Of a DNA stretch of 64,000 nucleotides, positions 13,379 through 25,230 are shown piece after piece; the stretch's first letter is position 1, and the number at the start of each line of letters is the position of its first letter. The notes under the pieces were generated by a model that did no database searches, had not been told where the DNA came from, and was given only the letters and a program-made list of their open reading frames with translations. The stretch comes from Antechinus flavipes (taxonomy: Eukaryota). Made by a program: the position numbers and the translations under genes. Location: the NCBI RefSeq assembly GCF_016432865.1, contig NC_067400.1:635066001-635130000 (forward strand), given 5' to 3'.

Positions 13379-13940
13379 CGCTCAGAGACCCCCCCGGCCC
13401 TCATTGAGGCTAAAAGTGCTCAGAGACCCCCCCGGCCCTCATTGAGGCTAAAGTGCTCAGAGACCCCCTCGGCCCTCATTGAGGCTAAAGTGCTCAGAGA
13501 TTCCCCCCGGCCCTCATTGAGGCTAAAGTGCTCAGAGACCCCCCCCCCCCCTCATTGAGGCTAAAAGTGCTCAGAGACCCTCCCCCCTGGCCCTCATTGA
13601 GGCTAAAGTACTCAGAGATTCCGCCCCCCCCTCCCCCGCCCTCATTGAGGCTAAAAGTGCTCAGAGATCCCCCTGGCCCTCATTGAGGCTAAAGTGCTCA
13701 GAGACCACCCCCCCCCCGCCCTCATTGAGGCTAAAAGTGCTCAGAGACACCCCCCCCATTGAGGCTAAAGTGCTCAGAGACCCTCCCCCCCCCCCCTCAT
13801 TGAGGCTAAAGTACTCAGAGATTCCCCCCGGCCCTCATTGAGGCTAAAAGTGCTCAGAGACTCCCCCCGGCCCTCATTGAGGCTAAAAGTGCTCAGAGAT
13901 CCCCCCGGCCCTCATTGAGGCTAAAGTACTCAGAGATTCC
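13379..13940. repeat. About 37-40-bp minisatellite, 14-15 units
   Basis: Unit gctcagaga(c)n ggccctcattgaggctaaa(a)gt with a variable C-run. Confidence 0.95.
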
Positions 13941-13949
13941 CCAGCTCCC

Positions 13950-14010
13950 ATTCACACCACAAAGCCTTATTCAACATCAAAGGATTCATACTGGAGAGAA
14001 GCCTTATAAA
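13950..14010 (+). pseudogene. Isolated C2H2 zinc-finger relic
   Basis: Encodes SLIQHQRIHTGEKPYK with no upstream CxxC in frame. Confidence 0.7.
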
Positions 14011-16487
14011 GGGATGTACCTCCTGGGCAGGGAGCAAATCTGAGGAGGGGGCCCTGGCAGGGAGAGAGAGTCCTGGGAGCAGGATGAAGAGGAAGAGCAG
14101 GCCCCCTTCCCTCCCTCCCCCCTGCCCTCCATGGACCCCAGAGCCAGGCTTGCTTCCTGCTTGTTGGGTTTCTGTCTCCACTGAAGGAGGGGTTGTAGCC
14201 AGGGAGAGAGCTGGGGGGGTGGGGGGGGGTCATCCTGAGCAGGAACACTAAGCAGAGGAAAGGACCACTGGTGGGAGATTTAAGGCTGTCCGGCTATTTC
14301 TGACTGCTCCCAACACATGAGCCGAGGGGTGGGGGTGTCCCCGGGGTTTAGTCTTGGCTCTTGTCCCTCTGCGCTCTTTGTGGCCCCTCAGCTGCTATCT
14401 TCTGGCCTCCCTGGGTTGCTTCCCAGCCCCCAGCCCTCATCATCTCTCTTTTGTCTGCTTCTGGATACAAAGGAGGCCATTTCACCGCTGAGCCCCAAGA
14501 CCAGCCCTCTATCCCCTCTGTGCCATCGTTCACAGGAATAGCAGTGCCAAACCCCTGAGAGAAGGGACCCTCCCCAGAGGGCCTTGTCTCCTACTTTACT
14601 CCACAATGGAGGCCATGCTCCCTCCCTGCCTCTCCTCTCCCTCTCCACACTTGACCTTCCTCCAGTTGCCACCATCACATCCTCTGCCCTCCTCTCAGAG
14701 GAAAGTGGTCTTTTGCTGCCGGTTCACCACTGCGGGGATAGAGGTCCTCTTCAAGAAGGACCAACCACTGTGCCAAGTACAGTAACCAGCTGGGGATACC
14801 GAGAGTCCTTGCCCTTGAGAAGCCATAAACTAATAAGGGAGAGAACAGCACACAAATATAGTGAAAGCAAGCTCTCTCCAGGTCCTACAGGATGTGGAGG
14901 CAGATAGAGACCACTCGAGGTGGAAACAGGTCTCAGTCTGATTGAGGGGATGCCCACTCAGTGATTAAGGCTAGGTAAGAAACAAGGCAGAGGAGGTCCT
15001 CTCTACCCAGTCCAAATGGACATTTCTGGCAACAGAAACACTTGCTATTTACATGCCCTCAGAGGAGCCCGATAATGACCAAGTGGGGCTTGACTTGGGA
15101 CCTGGGACCTATTGTTGGTCAATTGATAAAAAGCGAAGTGATTTGGACGTAGGACATGATCCTAGGCTATAAATCTCAAGATATCTTGTGAGGTTTCAGC
15201 AATCAAAATGTACTTAGTTTGGGCTGAGCACCTGCAGGTAAGGATATATCATCTATGTGGACAAAGAGAAGGGAGAGAAAGAAGAGCTTCATAAATGCCC
15301 CTTGACCGGCTTATACCAGATAAGTCCTTGTCCTGGGGACCAAAAGATCACTCTAAGAGGTCCTTCCTTTCTCTTCTGCTCACCCCAGGACTGAGACATA
15401 CTCCAGACCTTATGAACTCACAAGATTGAGGGCTGAAGCCCCTTCACTCATCATTGGGAGACAGAACAGTCATCGGGCTTCTCCAAAAGCATGGAGTAAT
15501 CAGAGCAATAGTATGTCAAAAAAAAAAAAAAATGCCCTATTGATTGGGAAAATGCAAATTAAACAATTCTGTGGTACTGCCTCATAATTAGATTGGCCAG
15601 GGGGACAGAAAATGACAAATGGTGGAGGAGATATGGGGAAAATGAGTTACTAATGTTGATCAAGTTGTGAACTGATTCAATCATTTTACAGAGCAATTTG
15701 GAACTGTACCCAAAAGACTTTGACCAACAGTATAACTATCAGCTCTGTATCCCAAAAGTGATGGAAAAAAAAAAAAACATTTTCACATTATCTAATATAA
15801 GACAATAACCATAATTTATGATTATGGGGTGTACAAAGTTTCTCATAATATATTTTCAACCAATAATCAAGATCAATATTTGTCCTTATAAAAGCTGTAG
15901 AAAGAAATCTAAGACTCTGAATGTTATTAAAATATTCATCTTTTGTTTGATAAACCTAAGAACTCTTTGTTCACCTATAGCCAAACCAGAGCCAGCTTTT
16001 CAGGTTCAAATGCTTGTTTCAATGTGCTCTCACTAAAGGGGACCCTAAACTCCTCTCAAAGCTTCCCTTTAGAGAGGGCAGAGATCTGGACTTTCCAGCT
16101 ATCTGCTTTATTTGAACTCCACAGAATTTGATACCCCCAATACCAGATAATCCCTGGCATTCCCCTTCATATTCCCTCTTAGCAGCTTTGTTTTAATGTT
16201 CCCTTCCCATATTAGATTGTAAGCTTCTTGAGGCAGACACTTTTTCTTATTTGTATCTCCATTACTTAGCACAGTGTCTGATGCTTTTGTGTTTGACTTT
16301 TTGTGACTCCATTTGGGGTATTTGGGGCAGAGACAAGGGAGCGATTTGTCACTTCCTTTTCCACCTCATTTTATATATGAGGAATTGAATCAAACAGGGT
16401 TAAGTGGCTTGTTCAGGGTCACCTAGCTTGGAAGTGTCTGAGGTCATGTTTGAACTCAAGCCAAGGATACTTTCTGCCTCCAGATGG

Positions 16488-16924
16488 TGTGGAAAGGTGA
16501 AGAATTTACAGATTAAGCTCAGATTGATCAGAGACTGTTAACTAAAGTAGATCAGGCCGATAGGCCCCAGTCATGTGATTTTAGATGAGACCTGGAATGC
16601 AATTCATTGTCCAAAGAAGGAATTAAGTGGCTGAAGCTGTATATCACCTTTCTCACTGCATTCCACTGACCACATAGGGGGATAAAGGTTTATGTAACTA
16701 CTCACAACATACAGAGGGTGGGATTTTGGGGGTTCTTTGTCTGAAATGTATAAAAATTATAAGCATCTTCAAGTGAATGACTCTCCTCCTGTGGGTATCC
16801 TTGCTGTCCTTTCGGGCCGACAGGCCAGGACAGTCCGCTTCTCGAGATTCTAATAAACTTTTTCTGTACATCATTTGGAGCGACTCCTGAGTAGTCAGTT
16901 TGGGTAGTTGCAATTGCCCCAAAC
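16488..16924 (+). mobile_element. Probable solo LTR
   Basis: TG...CA ends, TATA-like gtataaaa near 16747, AATAAA near 16853; no clear TSD. Confidence 0.55.
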
Positions 16925-18099
16925 AAGACCCTGCACTCTATGCATTATGGCACCTATAACACATTTAAGGAAGTGAATTTTCATGAAAGAAATCTATTAA
17001 TCATTCTAATTTAGGAGTAAGATAAGGAGTAAGAGTAAGATATGTATAAAAATAAAATTTGAATTGCTTCTGTAGATTGGCCAATGACTAATCAGCTAGT
17101 CTCCAGAGCTTGCTTTTTTAAAACTAAGAAACATCATTTTGTATATTATCTATAATAACTTTTTCATAAAAGTGGTTATTTTTATTAAAGTATGAATTTG
17201 AGGTACTGGCGTTTTTTTTAAAAGAGTCCTGAATTTTTTTACAAATATCTATGACATCCACAAGTCTCTTATACTATCATTTCATTTTATTTTTATTATA
17301 CCATAAAGGAAAATAGAACTTTCTTAGGAGTTGAACCCTTGACTTAGAAGTACTTTGGTAAGCAGCATGTTTCACTGCAAACTGAAGTTGCCCACGCCTC
17401 CCACCAAGAACATTACAAGATTTTGCAATGAGACTTCTCACGGTTTGGGGGGGAGAAAGTAAAGCTGGTGACCTTAAATAAAGCTGTGTATAGTGATTCA
17501 CTCATAATTCTTTGGTCCAATCCCCCTTAAGTTCAGTGCCTTCCCTCTGCCAATTCTTCCATCTATCTTGGGTAGAGCTTGCTTTATATATGTGTTTGTT
17601 CACTATTTTTTGCCTCTTTTTCAGTCCCTACAACTTTACACAGTACCTGGAATATAGCAAGTGTCTAAAGATTTCTTGCTTTAATGATTGAAAGTATTCT
17701 CTTCTCTGATCCTCTGATAATCTTATCTCATTATCTGATTCATCCTTCAATGTAGATGCCATTATTATCCCTGTATTACAAATCAGGAAACTGAGGTAGA
17801 GGATCAATGATTGCCCCGGGGATGCCCAGCATTCTGGGCATAATTCAAGTACAGATCTTACCAATTTTTGGCCTAGGACTATCTACTGTACCACCAGCCC
17901 TCTCAAAGCCAGGAATTCTCGGGGAGTGGGGAGGTGGGATGGTGGGGTACACCCACCAATGGTGAGACCTGAGACCATAGCAGATGGTCAAGAAGACTAT
18001 TTTTGCCCTTTTTTGTATCCCCAATATATGCCTGGAAATAGTAAGCACTTAATAAATGTGTAATGATTAACTGAAACAAAATATTTTGCATTTCTTCCT

Positions 18100-20430
18100 A
18101 GGGCAATAAGAATCCATTGAAAGTTACTGAAGGATTTTTGGATTTTGTCCTTCATTCTCAAAGAAAATCATGATATCGGGGAAGTGATGTCATGACATGC
18201 ACGTGAACTGGATCTAGGTGAGGGAGAACTGGGCAAGGTCACTGGCCTCATTTTCCCCCTCAGAGATGTGGATCCAGTAGGCACAAAGATGGTAATTATG
18301 GTCACACTTTTACTTTAAGAAAATCCCTCTGGTCACTTAATGGAGGATGGACTAAAATGAGGAGAGACTAGAGGCAAGAAGACCCCCCAGCAGCCAGCTA
18401 CTATAGCAGCTCATGTGATATTGAAGTGATGAGGGTCTGCACCAGAATGGGGCAATGTCAGAGGGGAAGAGGGGGATGTATTGGAGAAATGGTATGGAGA
18501 CAAAATTGACTAGAGATGCTGCAGAACTGAAATGGACCAGAGAAGCTGCAGAGGTGAAATGGACCAGAGATGGAGCAGAACTGAAATGGATCAGAGAAGC
18601 TGCAGAGGTGAAATGGACTAGAGATGATGCAGAACTGAAATGGATCAGAGGTGAAACAGAGATGACATGTACCAGAGATGGAGCAGAGGTGACATGTACC
18701 AGAGATGGAGCAGAGGTGACATGGACCAGAGACACTGCAGATGTGAAATAGACCAGAGATGGTGCAGAAGTGAAATGGACAGGCCTTGGCACCATGTTGG
18801 ATATGGACAGTGAGAGAGTAAAGAGTGCAACGTGATCCTGAAAGACTGGAAGAATGAAGGTGCCTGCTATAATAATTTAGCAGACAGATGGCAGGGATTG
18901 GGGAAGAAATAATGGGTTCTAATTTGGACGTTGAGTTTAAGATGTCTGTCTACTGGACATCCAGTTCAAAATGTCTTTAAGATAGTAAGAGATCAGCAGA
19001 GAGGTTGAGGCAGGAGAGGTTGTTTTATGTATGCATGTTGTTATGATGTATCATAAGCATAGCAGTAGTAATTTAATTCATGAGAGCCAACAAAGTCACC
19101 AAGTGAAATAGGATGGAAAAAGAAGAGAAGAGCACCCAGGACAGAGCCCTGAGGGAATGGACAGGGTCTGGAGGAGGTCCCAGCAAAGGAGACATGGAAG
19201 GAATAAGTAGTCAGAGAAAGAGACAACCAGAAAAGAGTGGATGTCCCTGAAAATCTAGAGGAAAGAGAGGACTCAGGATAAAAAAGTGACCAACAGTGTT
19301 TAATGACACAGAGCTGTCCAAGAGAATGAGTCACTGGATCTGGTCACTAAGAGCCTGCCAGTCACTTTGGAGGGGGCAGTTTGGGTGGAATGATAATGTC
19401 AAAGGTCAAACCATCACGGGTTTGGAAGACAGAGAGAGGAGAGATGCTATCATAAATGGTGAATTTGAGTTTAGCCACAAAGGGCAGAGGAGATCTAGAA
19501 TGACAGTTAGCCGGGTAGATAGGTCAAGTGAGGATTGGGGGAGACTGGTTAGGTTTATAGGTTTGAAGGAGCAAGGAACCAGAGAGAGACTAATGATCTA
19601 GTGGAGTAGGTAAGATGGGGAGAATCCCTGGAGCAGGTGGAGGGTCAACCTTGGTCAGGAGTCAGACCACCTCAGCATGGAAGATGGGGGAAGAAAGGAA
19701 GGAGGGGTAGGGGTTTCTGAGGGAGGGGAGGGGAGAAGAGGAAGTTCATGGCAAATGGTCTCAGGTTTTTTCTACAAAACAGAAAGGGTTTCAGCAGAGA
19801 GAGGGGGAGGGGAGTAAGCTGATGAGGGAGCTACAGTAGGACAGCCTGGTAGCATCAAGGGCCCAGTGGAGTGTGTCCCGTAAACCTGTAGTGGGCCCTG
19901 TCAGGACGTGATTTTCTCTACCTTTATTTACCATCATGTATATGGGCGTGAAGGTCAGATGGTGAGAGTGATCCAAGACTGGAGCTTTTGGGGGGGGGAG
20001 AAGCGCACATTTGGGCTCATGGTAGAGATTAAGGGACTCAGGAGAGGAGCACAAAGGTTGAGCTGGGTCGCCAATGGGGAGAAGTAGAGGGAGTGGCTAG
20101 AGCAGGGGAGAGAGCCTGAGAGAGGGCTGAGGGGTCAAGGGAGAGTAGGGTCATGTAAGGGGAGCCAGAAGGATAGGGGAGAGGACAGTAGCTTTCTTTA
20201 GATAAGGGGTTTCAGAGTTCTAGACCATGGAACTAAGCAGCCTGTCGGTGCGACGTTTGTGGGTGACAGCAGGATCCCAGGTGTGGCCGAGGTGAGTGGA
20301 GGTGAGCAGGTAGAGAAATAGAGAGGCTTGGTCTCTGAAGGAGTCAGTGTGTACGTGGAGTCCCCTGGCATGAGAGTAGCCTCCAAGGAGCAGAGGAAGG
20401 CTGTGAGCCAGGTGCTAATTCATTCATTCA
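18100..20430 (-). mobile_element. Long degenerate L2 element (endonuclease to RT C-terminus)
   Basis: Minus remnant ATLMPGDSTYTL resembles the L2 endonuclease ILGDFNIH motif; gacaggccttggcaccatgttggatatgg is L2-antisense text. Confidence 0.7.
18500..18780. repeat. 27-bp L2-derived tandem array, about 10 units
   Basis: Same unit as 4008-4305, embedded in continuous L2 sequence on both sides. Confidence 0.9.
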
Positions 20431-20864
20431 GGAAGGGGCTGTCCTGAGCGTGTCTGTAGATTTTAATTGGGTGGTAGATGTGAACAGCATGAACCTCAAA
20501 GGAGAGGGAGTGAAGAAGGGGGAGAAGCCAGATAGGACCCTGGGGAGCAGGGAGGGTTCCAGCTTAATCCCTCCCAAGAGGAGCAGAGGAGAGAGGGTGA
20601 AGATGCTGCTGAAGAGGGCACTGACCATCCCTCTTTGATCTTTAGTGGAACCTCCACCCCCACCTTTGGGGTCCCGGAAGCTGGAAAGCAGGGACGGTTT
20701 TGCTGACTTGCTGTCAGGGTCCCGGACTCCAAATCCCTTTCTTATCCCTCTTCCAACATCGGGCCACCCAGCCGTGCCAAGGTCCAGGTTCTTGGCCGGT
20801 TCCTCTGGCCTCAGGGTTTCAGAGGTCAAGCCCCTGATTTCTAGGGGACTACGCAGGAAGTAAC

Positions 20865-20914
20865 CTGCAGGGGCTCAGTCTGGGGCGCTGGGGATGTCTC
20901 CTTGAGGGTGGCTG
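20865..20914 (-). other. Small putative exon, paralog of 11495-11550
   Basis: ctctgcccacag|cagccaccctcaagg acceptor; weak gttact donor. Confidence 0.35.
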
Positions 20915-21199
20915 CTGTGGGCAGAGGGAGGGAGTAGTGGGGCTGCAATCCCACAGCTGAGCCGGAGTCACAAAAACTTGTCCCAGATCTCCCCTCCCCC
21001 ACCCCCGACCCCAGCTCGGCGGCCAAAGGAGAGGGTCGACTTCCCAGGCGGCGCCGGATCTCTGGGCTCCCAAGTACCCACTGCATGTGGGCGACTTTGA
21101 GGCTATCCCATCCCAGGACTCCGACAGGCACATAGGAAGCACCTGCTGCGTGCCCAGGTACTTGAGGCCACAGGAGACAAAGCTCTTCTTAGGGCCCCA

Positions 21200-21840
21200 G
21201 CAACTGGTGACATCACCAGGCCCCGCCCCCATCGGGCTGTACCCAAGAGCCCCAACATATGATGTCACTCGTCCCAGTTCCTCCTCTGCCTGAAGCGACA
21301 GTAACAAGTGACGTCATTATCTCCGCTCCTCCCCCTTGCCTCCGCCTGGGTCCAGAGACCCCGGTAACAGGTGATGTCATCAGGTTCGCCCCTCCTTTGT
21401 GTCCCGGACCAGCCTTGTGACGTCACTACTCCCCGTCTCTTCCCTGCCTCCGGCCCGGCAGAAGGACCGACGGCAGTTAGGACTGCGGAACGTACCGCCC
21501 GCGAGGGCGCCTTCCCCGGGGCGAGGGAAAACAGAAGCCAACCGAAGCCTGAGGAGGGTTGAAGGGTGGACGGCCCTGCGCGCGCATTCCCAGTCTCGGA
21601 TGACACAATGCGCATGCGTTTCGGCAACCCTGCACTACACTTCCCAAAATCCTCCAAGAGCCCGCCTTCCCTCCTTTTGGGCGGCCCCTGCATGCTGCGC
21701 ATGTTCCTGGCTGAGGGCGGGACGTACGCACCAATCAGAAAGGACTGGTACAGGCTAATTTCCATAGGGGAAGGAGAACGTTCTGTCTCCATGACAACTG
21801 CAGAAGCGACTCCTCTCAGGCTGGCAGCCCCGAGCGATAG
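21200..21840. promoter_or_regulatory. CpG-island promoter, cassette copy B
   Basis: Five CRE or CRE-like octamers at 21208-21425; NRF1 tgcgcatgcg at 21609; ZNF143/SBS-like actacacttcccaaaatcc at 21634; GC box; CCAAT at 21731; RFX-like gtctccatgacaac at 21785. Confidence 0.75.
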
Positions 21841-22149
21841 CACACAGCTGAGGTGACACCCGAGGGCCAGTTACTGCCCAAAGAGGAGCACGTGGATAAA
21901 GGCCGGAAGATGGACCCTCAAATCGGGCAAACAAATACAGCTTCCGGGATCTGTCCATCTGGGGTCCAGAAGCCGAGGTCCACCCAGACCGGGCGCCCCG
22001 CCCCCGATCCATCCTGGGCTGAAGGTTAAAGGTTGGAGGCTGGAGGGAAGAAGAGAGAATGGGGAAACACGGCCCTGACTCGAAAGGACATTGTTCGGAA
22101 GCTGTTACAGTCAGTTTTGGGGAGCAGGGCATGAATCCTCGCCGTCCGC

Positions 22150-22750
22150 TGGAACGCACACTGGTGGGGACTTTCTGGGAAGGAAGAGCTCACGAAGGAC
22201 TCGCCCCTCCCGCAGCCTCAGTTTCTTGCCTTTAAAAAGAAAAGGCCGGAGCCCTAACTCTAAGCGTCCTGCAGGCCGCCAACAGCACGAGCCGCCCAAA
22301 GGCTTCGGGGAATGCAGTGCCTCCGGCGGATGCTGGCGTCCGGGAGCCAGGGCCGGGCGGAGAAGGCTGGCTGCGCAGGCGCTCGGAGGTGCCTTGTGGC
22401 TCCCGAGGCCGCGGGCGCGCGCGCAGAGGCGGACCCCGAGGCCAACCGGCTTGTGGCGAGGCCGCTGAGCTGCGCGGAACCCGCTCCCGCCCCCCGGGCC
22501 TCCGAGGGGCCGCTCAGCCCTGCCTCTGGGCGTGTCCGGCGTGCCCGCGCTGGGAAGCTTAGTGGGCGGGGTCCGGATGAGTGACGTCATGATCCAACCG
22601 TGGGGCGGGACCCACGGCTGTTTGGGAGGAAGGCCCCTGGAGAAGAGGTCCGATGACGTCATTCCTCAGCCAGGAGGCTGGTTCACGCCTGCGCATCTTT
22701 GCCCCCGTGGGCGTCTTACCTGAGCTCAGAAAATGGCTGGCGATGCTTAG
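22150..22750. promoter_or_regulatory. CpG island with two CRE sites and a minus-strand splice donor
   Basis: High CpG density; TGACGTCA at 22582 and 22654; cag|gtaaga donor with exon end at 22720. Confidence 0.6.
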
Positions 22751-23554
22751 GGGAAAGGAGGCCCCGAAGGGAACAGAGAGTGGCCTTTAGAGACATCTGT
22801 ACCGCCCCCCACCGGTGATGATGCCCCCAACCGACGGTCCGCATTTATGAAGCGCCTGCTGTGTGCCCGGCTGCCCTCAGAGCCTGGGGTCACCCGGCGA
22901 TGGGGGAGGGGGGAGAAGGCAGGTCGAAGGACCCCTCTTTATTCCCGCGGCCCCCAGAAGGGGGGATGGCCACCAGGCTCGGGACCCCCTCCCTCCCCCC
23001 CCCGGAAGTGTACACAAAGGGGAGAGGACCGAGCTGGCCCCTGAGGAGCTTACAGTCATGGGAGGAGACAGCTTACCAACAGAGTAATAGCTCTGGCCGG
23101 GACAAATAAGATGGGGGTCTGAGAAGGGCCCCAAAAAGGGGGTTTTAGCTGGGGCTTCCCGAGAGCATTTCAGCCCGAAGCCGGAGGCGGGAAGTCGGGG
23201 AGGGAGGTCAGAGGAGATTGCAGCAGGAAGGGCTTCAGGTGCTGGAGGGACTATTGAGGAGGGGTAGCGTGGCCAGGGTCCAGTTCTGAGGGCGGGGCGG
23301 GTCCCGAGGACGAGGGAGAGGAGGAGGAGTGAAGTCCATGTGAATCCCATCCCCCACCTCGACCTCCAAGGCCCCTGGGGGCTTGTGCTCAGTGTTCCAG
23401 GGGCTGTGACCTACTGGGAGGCGGGCAGAGAGGGGGAAGGTGACAGGTGTTCATCAGGCAGCGCCTTGGGGGTTTCTGGCCACCCTCCCCAGGTTAGAGC
23501 AGCTGACCCTCCTCTCCCCCACGGGCAAGCCCGTCTTTGGGCTCCTGTCTCCTG

Positions 23555-23716
23555 GGGCGGCCCCTGCATGCTGCGCACGTTCCTGGCTGAGGGCGGGACG
23601 TACGCACCAATCAGAAAGGACTGGTACAGGCTAATTTCCATAGGGGAGGGAGAACGTTCTGTCTCCATGACAACTGCAGAAGGAGTCGCTTCTCAGGCTG
23701 CCAGCCCCCAGCGATA
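23555..23716. promoter_or_regulatory. Promoter cassette copy C, near-identical to 21679-21839
   Basis: 128 bp with 2 mismatches to 21679-21806, then continued similarity. Confidence 0.85.
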
Positions 23717-23899
23717 TCCCCCAGGTCCCTCCCTCCAGGGGTCCTGGCTCCTGAGAAGTCCTTGTCTGCCCCTGCCCTCCAGGCCCCTTCACTGTCTAGT
23801 CTCCACCACAGCCACCTCGGCCCCGCTCCCCTCCAGGCATTGGGCTTAGTTCCACCCCTTCAGCCCCACCGGACAGGTGACATTTTCCGAGTCTTTCAG

Positions 23900-25230
23900 A
23901 CCAGCCCTGAGACCAAGAGGCCATACCCAGAACCTGGAGCCCCCCTTGTGACAAGGAACGAAAAGGCAGAGGCCCCGGGGACTGCGGGCTGGAAAGGAGA
24001 TGGCCGAGCCAAGCGAGTGCCGAAGTGCTCCCCGAGCACGATCCCAGAGGGGGGTGCCCGCGGCCCCGGCCCGCCCCGGCCCCCGGAGGGCGGTGCAGGA
24101 GGAGGCGAGCATCAGGGGCTTCAGGCGGGGATGAGGGCTCGTGGTCTAGCGCAGGGGAAGGAGCTCCTCACACTTGGCGCAGGGCGCGCAGAAACCTTCC
24201 CCGTTGTAGAACGTGGGCAGCTCTCGAGCAAATCGTCCCCGGATCGGCCCCAGAGTGTTCACGCTGACCGAGAAAGGCCGGAGAGCCCCCTCCCCGCCTC
24301 CTCCCTCTGCGAACACGAGAAGGTCCTCCGGGGTCCTGGGTGGGGAAGGCCTTTGCCCGGGCCCATCTCCTGCTCTACATCAGAACGTGCACAGGAGCAA
24401 AACCCGTGAGTGTGGGAGGGGCTTCACCGGCATCAGACACATCATCCTTGTGATCGCTGTGGAAAAACCTTGGGCCAGCGCCAGAGAATCCCCCGCAGGG
24501 AAGCCCACGAGGGCACCGACTGTGGGGGAGCTTCTGCCAGGGCCACCCCCGACTCAGCACCAGAGAATTCACCGTGAAAGAGACCTTATGTATGTGGTGA
24601 TGGTGGGAAATGCTTCAGACTGAGCTCATTCCTTAATGGACACAGGAGTGAGAAGCCCTGTGGTTGTGCTGAGTGTGGGAAGGCCTTCAGGGTGAGCTCA
24701 GGCCTCGATGAACATGAGAATTCACACCGGAGAGACCCTGTCAGCATGAGGGACGTGGGAGGGCCTGTACCGGAGCGCCCCCTCGCTCAGCCTCGGGGGG
24801 GTCCGTGATGGGGGGAGACCCTGTCAGCGCGACAGATGTGGGAGGGCCTGTACCAGAGCGCCCCCTCGCTCAGCCTCGGGGGTCCATGATGGGGGGAGAC
24901 CCTGTCAGCATGAGGGACGTGGGAGGGCCTGTACCGGAGCGCCCCCTCGCTCAGCCTCGGGGGTCCGTGATGGGGGGAGACCCTGTCAGCGCGACGGATG
25001 TGGGAGGGCCTGTATCCGGAGCGCCCTCTCACTCAGCCTCGGGGGGTCCGTGATGGGGGAGACCCTGTCAGCGCGACGGATGTGGGAGGGCCTGTACCCG
25101 GAGCGCCCCCTCGCTCAGCCTCGGGGGGTCTGTGATGGGGGAGACCCTGTCAGTGTGATAAAAGCCTTGAGGGCACTCGCTTCCCTGAGGGAACCTCAGA
25201 GGGTCCCCACTGGAAAGAAGCCCTTGAGGG
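23900..25230 (+). pseudogene. Decayed C2H2 ZNF terminal exon
   Basis: gtctttcag acceptor, TSPETK spacer-like start, broken fingers (HQRIHR, EKPCGCAECGKAF, HTGE) with frameshifts. Confidence 0.75.
24730..25150. repeat. 81-83-bp minisatellite derived from one zinc-finger unit, 5 copies
   Basis: gagaccctgtcag anchor at 24732, 24815, 24896, 24977, 25059 and 25141. Confidence 0.9.
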
